13,998 bases of DNA from Planctomycetota bacterium (GTDB taxonomy: Bacteria > Planctomycetota > GCA-002687715 > DRQF01), in contig JALTLO010000020.1 of the NCBI GenBank assembly GCA_027001995.1, positions 1 to 13,998 of the forward strand, read 5' to 3'. Positions 7,405-13,998 of the stretch are shown here, piece by piece (the stretch's first letter is position 1; each line of letters opens with the position of its first letter). Below the pieces are notes generated by a model. The model was not told the origin of the DNA and ran no database searches. It was given only the letters and a program-made list of their open reading frames with translations. The translations under genes and the position numbers were made by a program.

Positions 7405-9159
7405 ATGATCTTAGGTCGAAGCAGAGTTTTGATGGTGGTATGCCTTTTGGGAGTTCTCTCTCTCACAGCCCATGCACGCTCCAATGAGGTTATCTATGCC
7501 TCAGTTCTGACACCGTCCACTGGTCCAGATCGAATCCGCTCTCGGGATACAGAACCGGAGAAACTCCAAAAAGACCTCCAGAAGATTATCAACCGCATCG
7601 CAGCCGCTACGGTGCGCGTGGACACCTTTGATGGTATGGGTTCAGGGACCATCATCGACAAGGAAGGACACATCGTGACGAGTGCCCACGTCATCGAAGG
7701 AGGGCGCCGTGTCACAGTTACGCTTACGGATGGCCGACGTTTCAGAGCAAAAGTTTTGGGGATCAATTCTGCCGGTGACTTGGCGCTGTTGGATATCGAC
7801 GCCGATCATTTGAAGCCAGCCGTTGTCGGCAACTCGGATTTTCTTAAGACTCAGCAATGGGTGGTGGCCGTAGGGCATCCGGTCAGCGCCTTCGACGATT
7901 TTCAGCCAACGGTTTCCATTGGGCTGATTCGTAAGGTTGATGCTGTCATTCGTGCAGATCGCCGAAAGGTTTTTCACAGCACCATTGTTTCAGACACGCC
8001 TTTGTCCCCAGGTTCAAGTGGTGGGGGCCTCTTCGACTTGAGGGGCCGCCTGGTGGGGGTCAATGCCGCTGTGACCCGAAATGAACGGGGAGCCTTTTCA
8101 GTTCGAATTAACGAATTTTTGAAAGACAAAAAGCGCCTCTTACGAGGTGAGCGTTTTGATCGCTTAGCGGATGATGTGGTCTTGAGTCGAGCCGAAAGGG
8201 ATCGCACTAGCCGGACACGGACTCAATATTTCTCGGCCAATTGCCGCCATCTCAAGACAGATCTGGAGCAAAAACAAGTTTCGATTCGTCGAGGGAATGT
8301 TCGTCTCTCAGGGTTGGTCGTTTCAGCTCAAGGGGACGTCCTGGCACCAGCTAAATTCTTCGTGAACGATGAACCCGGGAATCTGTTCTCCGTCTATTTG
8401 AACAATCAGTTCACCCATGGCGAGGTTGCAAGCCTCTTGTCCGTTGATCAAACAGCTGGTGTTGCGCTTCTGCGTCTTCCTGAACGCAGTAAGTGCTATC
8501 CTCACTTTGACCTCAGCAAAGAGACTCCCGTTCAACGGGGGCAATTGGCTCTCGTGAAACATCGTGATTGGATGCGTGGCGGTATTGTCGGGGCCACGAA
8601 TCGCACACCGCCCTTGGACATGACAAATTACGTCTATCGGCCGAATCTGACTCAGGTCGACTTGCGCATGTCGGCGGCGGACCGTGGGGCACCGGTTGTT
8701 GGCTTGGGCGGCGAATTGATTGGCATGGTCTTTCAACCTCGCTTGCAAGATAGCCGAGAGAACAGTTCATTGGCGCCCTATGGTGCTTTCGTCTTGCCAG
8801 TGGCCATCCTCCGGGAGAGCTACGCAATCATTCGTGATGGGCACAGTCGGGGTTCGAGGCCCGTTGGTTTCTTGGGGGTCGAGCTTGAAGACATGACGGA
8901 GTCCCAGCGAGCCCGCTATGATGCCAACACGGGGGTTCGGGTTGCCCGGGCGGATCGAGGATATCCGGCCTATGCTGCTGGCATCCGCCGCGGTGATATC
9001 ATCACCTCTATCGGAGGACGAAGTGTCAATTCCAAGGGCACGGCGGTCTCTCAAATCTCGTCCCTTAAGCGGGGTGATGAGGTGGTCATTGCCGTCATCC
9101 GTCGTCACCGCAACAAAGCTTTTCGGGTCACACTGATTGACCGCGCCGACGCTCGTTAG
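7405..9159 (+). CDS. HtrA/DegP-like secreted serine protease: two trypsin-like domains plus a C-terminal PDZ
   Basis: Signal peptide ending AHA. First domain has GSGTII, TSAHV (His), GDLALL (Asp) and PGSSGGGLFD (Ser). Second trypsin-like repeat (SGLVVS...VALLRL...ADRGAPVVGLGGELIG) lacks the triad. PDZ: GFLGVEL...PAYAAGIRRGDIITSIGG. Confidence 0.9.
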   Translation: MILGRSRVLMVVCLLGVLSLTAHARSNEVIYASVLTPSTGPDRIRSRDTEPEKLQKDLQKIINRIAAATVRVDTFDGMGSGTIIDKEGHIVTSAHVIEGGRRVTVTLTDGRRFRAKVLGINSAGDLALLDIDADHLKPAVVGNSDFLKTQQWVVAVGHPVSAFDDFQPTVSIGLIRKVDAVIRADRRKVFHSTIVSDTPLSPGSSGGGLFDLRGRLVGVNAAVTRNERGAFSVRINEFLKDKKRLLRGERFDRLADDVVLSRAERDRTSRTRTQYFSANCRHLKTDLEQKQVSIRRGNVRLSGLVVSAQGDVLAPAKFFVNDEPGNLFSVYLNNQFTHGEVASLLSVDQTAGVALLRLPERSKCYPHFDLSKETPVQRGQLALVKHRDWMRGGIVGATNRTPPLDMTNYVYRPNLTQVDLRMSAADRGAPVVGLGGELIGMVFQPRLQDSRENSSLAPYGAFVLPVAILRESYAIIRDGHSRGSRPVGFLGVELEDMTESQRARYDANTGVRVARADRGYPAYAAGIRRGDIITSIGGRSVNSKGTAVSQISSLKRGDEVVIAVIRRHRNKAFRVTLIDRADAR

Positions 9160-9342
9160 CGAAGGTTTTGCTTGAGGTGTCCTAAACTCTTTCTCCGCAA
9201 CAGTTTGTGTCTTTCTGCCTATTCCTTCCCTTTGCCCGAAACCTTGTCTTGGCCCAGGGGTTAATAGAACAAGGCTGGGGTTCTGGGGTCTTTGCTCCAG
9301 GAACCTTAGACTTGAATGAGCTGAGTACTGGAGAATCGTTGG

Positions 9343-10164
9343 ATGAAGAACTACCTGCCCTACGCCCTCGCCGCCGCATTGACGTTGGTGGCGTCGACAT
9401 TTTTGTCTTATTTCACTGCGTCCATGGGTGCGGAAGAGTCGGATTTCGGATCCTCGGGAATTCAAATCGCCGCTGCTGATATCGAGCGCGCCACAGAGCA
9501 GGCATTTGAAGACTTTCAGGCTGAGCGCCTGATGAATAACGGGCAATCCAACTTCTCTGCCCTCGGTCCTTTGAAGCATGACCTCAAAGAGCTTCGCAAT
9601 CGGCAAGCGGAGATCAACGATCGTATCGATGCCATCTTGAATGGGGATCTTAAGGCTGAGTCGGCTAACGCCGCAGAAGAAATTGAAATCCCTGGTGATG
9701 AGCGGGTAGACGAATTGGTTTCTATGGCCATCGTTAAGTTTCGCGACGACCAAGAAAAAGAGAGAGTTTCTCGGGAGAAGAAAGCCAGAGAGGCCCGGGC
9801 TGTCAAACGCCGCAACGAGACTGTTGAGAAACTGACCGCTCGGTTGGGGCTTTCCCCATCCCAAGCCCAAGACGTCACGAACCTGATGATCGACATTGAG
9901 GCCGAACGTTCTGCTGCCCGAGATCGGATCCGCGAAGCACGAGCAGCTGGCGGTGAATTCGATTTTCGTGCTATGAATTCAGAGTTTCGCAAATTGGGTG
10001 AATCCGCCACCGAGAAGATGAACAACATCTTGAGTCCTTCCCAGCAAACTTCCTACGAAGAATTCAAGAAGGAAGATCCTTGGGGAGCGTCTATTACCGG
10101 TTTTGGTGGCATGCGACAGATGTTGCGTGGTGGCGGGCAACGTGGCAATCGGGGTAACCGCTGA
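9343..10164 (+). CDS. Hypothetical exported or membrane-anchored coiled-coil protein with Spy/CpxP-like LTxxQ-type motifs
   Basis: 273-aa ORF with GGAG upstream, N-terminal hydrophobic segment, charged helical body, LGLSPSQ and ILSPSQQ motifs about 55 aa apart, and a Gly/Arg-rich tail. Confidence 0.7.
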   Translation: MKNYLPYALAAALTLVASTFLSYFTASMGAEESDFGSSGIQIAAADIERATEQAFEDFQAERLMNNGQSNFSALGPLKHDLKELRNRQAEINDRIDAILNGDLKAESANAAEEIEIPGDERVDELVSMAIVKFRDDQEKERVSREKKAREARAVKRRNETVEKLTARLGLSPSQAQDVTNLMIDIEAERSAARDRIREARAAGGEFDFRAMNSEFRKLGESATEKMNNILSPSQQTSYEEFKKEDPWGASITGFGGMRQMLRGGGQRGNRGNR

Positions 10165-10174
10165 GGAGAGCCCT

Positions 10175-11221
10175 ATGAAACCCATACCAGCAACTCTTAT
10201 TCTGCTTGTCACTGTGATCGGTGGCCATCTTATTGGCACAAATTTGGCTGAGGCCCATGAAGAAAATGTGGCCACTCTCGAAGAAGCTCCAAGTCAGGGT
10301 GAGTTAGAACGCATTGCCAGGGCGCGGGCGTTGGAGCTCATTCGCGGAAGGGTGGCGGAGCTTGAATCGGAAAACCCGGAGACTGAGGAAGAAAAAGCAG
10401 CTCGTCTTGAGGCTGAGTCAAATGATGTGGCCCGGCAGATTTCTGCCATGGATGACATCATGTTGCGAACAGAGAATGTTGTGACTGGCTTAGCGAAGTC
10501 GATCAATCCTGATTTAGATCCAGGGGAGCGCGACATTGTCCTGCGAACTGCCCAGCAACTGAACAATGACCTCATCTTGGGTCGGACTCTGTTGGGGGCG
10601 AAAGAAAACGTTGTCAGGCGGGAGGGCCTGCGCCTTTTGCAGAAAGCGGCGGAAGCTGGGGAATCGGAAGCGTTCACACTCTTAATGAGAAGTCTCAACG
10701 ATTCCGACTCGACCTTTGCCAAGGCCACTTTGCGGGTCATTGGGCAGTTGGCCAGGAGCAAGGACAAGGCTGTCTCCAAGATGTTCAAGGAATCTGGCCT
10801 GGAAGGGGAACTGGTGGCGCTGTTGCCCACCTTGGAGGGCAGCGAACAACGCAGCGCTCTCAATGCTCTTACGGCCTTGAAGAATGAGGCTGCGGTCCAG
10901 GGATGGCGTCAGATTTACACCCAAGACGGTCAGAATAACGGCAATCGCATTTCTGCTGCCCGATCGCTCAATCAGTTAGGGAGCTCCCAGGAATACTCCC
11001 AGATGATGTCCACGTTTGATGCTCAGCTATCAAGCCCGGAGAGCAACGTGTCCCGCAGTGCCATCAACAATATACGGCGTTTGGGTGGTGATGCAGCCAA
11101 AGCGACCCTCCAGAGGGCATTGGATGCTGACCCGGATGGCAGCAATGCTCGCTCGATCAAACGAGCACTTCGGCGCTTAGAGCAAGGGGGCAGGCGCAGT
11201 TTTCGTCGTGGCCGACGCTAA
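10175..11221 (+). CDS. Hypothetical exported HEAT/ARM-repeat-like protein (348 aa)
   Basis: ATG 10175 preceded by GAGGAG, 10 nt after the upstream stop. N-terminal signal or anchor. HEAT-like units: VVRREGLRLL, QRSALNALTAL, RISAARSLNQLG, VSRSAINNIRRLGGDAAKATLQRAL. Confidence 0.72.
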   Translation: MKPIPATLILLVTVIGGHLIGTNLAEAHEENVATLEEAPSQGELERIARARALELIRGRVAELESENPETEEEKAARLEAESNDVARQISAMDDIMLRTENVVTGLAKSINPDLDPGERDIVLRTAQQLNNDLILGRTLLGAKENVVRREGLRLLQKAAEAGESEAFTLLMRSLNDSDSTFAKATLRVIGQLARSKDKAVSKMFKESGLEGELVALLPTLEGSEQRSALNALTALKNEAAVQGWRQIYTQDGQNNGNRISAARSLNQLGSSQEYSQMMSTFDAQLSSPESNVSRSAINNIRRLGGDAAKATLQRALDADPDGSNARSIKRALRRLEQGGRRSFRRGRR

Positions 11222-11348
11222 ACTGCCCCGACCACATTTTCGGCACGTCCGTCCTGGTTGAAAACACCCAGATAGGTTAGCTGGTCCTTCCACCTGAATT
11301 CCGCCCATGTTAGCTTGTCTCCGGCCATTTGAACCGGAGCGAGCTTTG

Positions 11349-13998
11349 ATGAAAACAGCACAAGAAATTCGACGGACATTTCTCGACTACTTTGAAGACA
11401 AGGGGCACAAGGTGGTCCCCTCCGCCCCTGTGGTTCCACACAATGATCCAACCCTGCTCTTCATCAATGCTGGGATGAACCAGTTCAAGGATGTTTTCTT
11501 GGGCACTGGAACCCGGGACTACAAGAGAGCCTGCGATACCCAGAAATGCGTCCGGGTTTCTGGCAAGCACAATGATTTGGAAGAGGTGGGTGTCGATACC
11601 TATCACCACACCTATTTTGAGATGTTGGGGAATTGGTCTTTTGGTGACTACTTCAAACGGGAGAGCATCACCTGGGCTTGGGATCTTCTGGTCAACGTTT
11701 ACAAACTCGACCCCAACCGCCTATATGTCACGGTCTTTGGTGGTGATGAGGAAGACGGACTGGGAGCTGACACAGAAGCTGAAGCACTTTGGGCCGAAGT
11801 GACCGACATCAATCCCGACCACATTCTTCGTTTTGGCAAGAAGGATAACTTTTGGGAAATGGGTGACACGGGCCCTTGCGGTCCTTGCACTGAAATCCAC
11901 TACGATCGAGGACCGGGTGCAGGAGAGATCCCCGACCCCGAGAATCCGGGGGCTGCTGTCAATGGCGACTATGCTCGGGTCATCGAGGTTTGGAATCTGG
12001 TGTTCATCCAATACAACCGCAACAAAGATGGCAGTTTGGAAGACTTGCCAGAGAAACACGTTGATACGGGTATGGGTTTTGAGCGTCTCGTTGCTGTTTT
12101 GCAAGAAAAGAACTCGAACTACGAAACAGACTTGTTCGCACCCATCTTTGCCGCCATTGGGAAACACACTGGCGTTCAACACAGAAGCACGGAAAGCGTC
12201 GAAGATATCGCCTGCCGTGTTATTGCTGACCACGTTCGCACTCTCTGTGTCGCTTTCGCCGACGGGGCTCTACCTGGGAACGAAGGGCGGGGTTATGTCT
12301 TGCGCAGAATTCTGCGGCGGGCATCGCGCTTTGGTCGTCAGAATCTGAACCAAAGTAAGCCTTTTATCTATCGCTTAGTGGCTTCTGTGGCCGAAGCCCT
12401 GGGAGATATTTTTCCAGAGATCAAAGAACGCCAAAGTCACATTGAGCTATTGATTGAATCAGAAGAAAAAGCATTCGCTAAAACTCTCGATCGGGGTTTG
12501 GCGCTTTACGGTGAACTGAGCGCGAAAGTGAAGTCCAAGGGGTCCAAGGAAATTGCCGGGGAAGAGGCATTTGATCTCTATGCCACCTTCGGGTTTCCTC
12601 GTGACCTTGTTGAACTTATGGCTCGAGAAGATGACTTGACCGTGGCATCCGCGGGTTGGGACAAAGCACAAGAAGAGCATCGTCAGGCATCAAAGGCTGC
12701 GGGCAACTTTGGCCATCGCTTTGATCTCAAACTCCTGGAAGGGCAAACAGCCACGAAGCAGTCCTTTTATCGTGCGGGCCATTGTGGGGAAGGCAATGGT
12801 GTTTCCTTGGAAACAACTCCCGTCAAACTCATCGACGAGAGTTTCTTGATTTTGGAGCAGTCGCCATTTTATTCCGAAAGTGGTGGCCAAGTTGGGGATT
12901 GCGGACGCATCAAGGGAGATAACTTTCTCTTTCAAGTGACGGGCGTTCACTTGGAAGGGGCTTTGGTGGTTCACCAAGGTCAACTTCTCCAAGGAAATCC
13001 CCACACCCTCCCTGGCCGGGTCATGGCTGAAGTTGATGTCGAACGACGTGCGGCCATCATGCGGAATCACACAGCCACTCATCTTCTTCACTGGGCGCTG
13101 AAGAAGGTCTTGGGAGACCATGCCACCCAGCAAGGGTCTCTGGTGTCTCACGACAAATTGCGTTTTGACTTGACTCACCCCCAGGGCATTAGCCATGAAG
13201 AATTGCTCAAGATTGAGGCCTTGGTGAATGGCAAGATCGTTGAAAACACCCAATTGGTGACGTCCTTAGAGAACCTGGAAGCTGCCAAAGAGCGGGGTGT
13301 GACGGCGCTATTCGGTGAGAAGTATGATGACGATGTGCGGGTTGTTGACATTGGTGGTTACTCCACTGAACTTTGTGGCGGAACCCATGTGGATGCCACA
13401 GGTGACATTGGCCCATTCTTGATCTTGTCCGAAAGTTCCGTGCAAGCAGGAGTTCGCCGCATTGAAGCGGTCACGGGCTTTGTTGCGGTAAAGCAGATGC
13501 AAAAAGAAAGAGAATTGTTGCGACTTTCATCAGCGGCCATGAAGACGAAAGCGGAGGACTTGCCCGGTCGAATTGAAGCCTTGCAACTGCAGGTGAAAGA
13601 GCTACGCAAAAGTGGTGGTCAAAAATCAGCGGCTGACGCTGGAACATGGGCGAAGAGCCTTTTGGCTAAGGCCGAAGAATTCGCCGGTGGCAAAATGATT
13701 GTCGCTCAACTTGATTGCGGAGCCAAAGACTTGGCCGCTATCGCCGATGTGCTTCGTAACAATCATGGAGCGTTGGCCGGTTTGCTCTTAGGGGTGTCCG
13801 ATGTCAAAGTGCCTATTGTGGACTTCGCTGCTAAGTACTTAGCTGGGTTGAAGGTGTACGCATGGAAGTTTGCCAAAGAGATTTCCGACAAGCCCTTTTT
13901 CTTTGGCACCCTTCAAGAGGCTTGGAAAGAAGCCCCACAAATTTTAGAAAAGTTGTGGGAAAAGCAGTTGGTGCCATCTACGCAGGGAAAGTTTGAAG
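11349..13998 (+). CDS. alaS: Alanine--tRNA ligase (no stop codon within the window)
   Basis: Manual translation from ATG 11349 gives MKTAQEIRRTFLDYF...DPTLLFINAGMNQFK...GKHNDLEEVG...FEMLGNWSFGDYFK...DTGMGFER...IADHVR...GRGYVLRRILRR...PFYSESGGQVGD...NHTATHLLH...ELCGGTHV...GVRRIEA. The frame stays open to the window end. Confidence 0.98.
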   Translation, partial: MKTAQEIRRTFLDYFEDKGHKVVPSAPVVPHNDPTLLFINAGMNQFKDVFLGTGTRDYKRACDTQKCVRVSGKHNDLEEVGVDTYHHTYFEMLGNWSFGDYFKRESITWAWDLLVNVYKLDPNRLYVTVFGGDEEDGLGADTEAEALWAEVTDINPDHILRFGKKDNFWEMGDTGPCGPCTEIHYDRGPGAGEIPDPENPGAAVNGDYARVIEVWNLVFIQYNRNKDGSLEDLPEKHVDTGMGFERLVAVLQEKNSNYETDLFAPIFAAIGKHTGVQHRSTESVEDIACRVIADHVRTLCVAFADGALPGNEGRGYVLRRILRRASRFGRQNLNQSKPFIYRLVASVAEALGDIFPEIKERQSHIELLIESEEKAFAKTLDRGLALYGELSAKVKSKGSKEIAGEEAFDLYATFGFPRDLVELMAREDDLTVASAGWDKAQEEHRQASKAAGNFGHRFDLKLLEGQTATKQSFYRAGHCGEGNGVSLETTPVKLIDESFLILEQSPFYSESGGQVGDCGRIKGDNFLFQVTGVHLEGALVVHQGQLLQGNPHTLPGRVMAEVDVERRAAIMRNHTATHLLHWALKKVLGDHATQQGSLVSHDKLRFDLTHPQGISHEELLKIEALVNGKIVENTQLVTSLENLEAAKERGVTALFGEKYDDDVRVVDIGGYSTELCGGTHVDATGDIGPFLILSESSVQAGVRRIEAVTGFVAVKQMQKERELLRLSSAAMKTKAEDLPGRIEALQLQVKELRKSGGQKSAADAGTWAKSLLAKAEEFAGGKMIVAQLDCGAKDLAAIADVLRNNHGALAGLLLGVSDVKVPIVDFAAKYLAGLKVYAWKFAKEISDKPFFFGTLQEAWKEAPQILEKLWEKQLVPSTQGKFE

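Noticed and set aside
8767..9870. 367-aa minus-strand ORF
   Set aside because: It is antisense to two well-supported + genes and has no recognisable motifs, so it is treated as a shadow ORF.
11218..13609. Multiple short ORFs in the track suggesting a fragmented or non-coding region
   Set aside because: All lie within, antisense to, or just upstream of alaS, which reads as one uninterrupted frame from 11349.

Overview
Bacterial chromosomal window of moderate GC. The tandem-trypsin/PDZ protease and secreted Gly/Arg-tailed proteins hint at a Planctomycetota-like organism (inference only). The left half is a minus-strand gene run, in transcription order: NTF2/DUF4440-like lipoprotein, TM0106-type RecB/Cas4-like Fe-S nuclease, translationally coupled Dna2/Upf1-like SF1 helicase, DEDDh (DnaQ-like) exonuclease with a C-terminal WYL-like domain, QhpG/LodB-like flavoprotein, and HIT (HinT) protein. 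The right half is divergently transcribed on +: an HtrA-like protease with two trypsin domains plus PDZ, a Spy/CpxP-like helical protein, a HEAT-repeat-like protein, and alaS. alaS is missing from the ORF track because it has no stop in the window, and its C-terminus is anomalous. The best candidate for an undescribed system is the compact nuclease + helicase + exonuclease-WYL module (2126-6610), a possible DNA-processing, repair or anti-phage operon. I saw no RNA genes, CRISPR array or mobile element.
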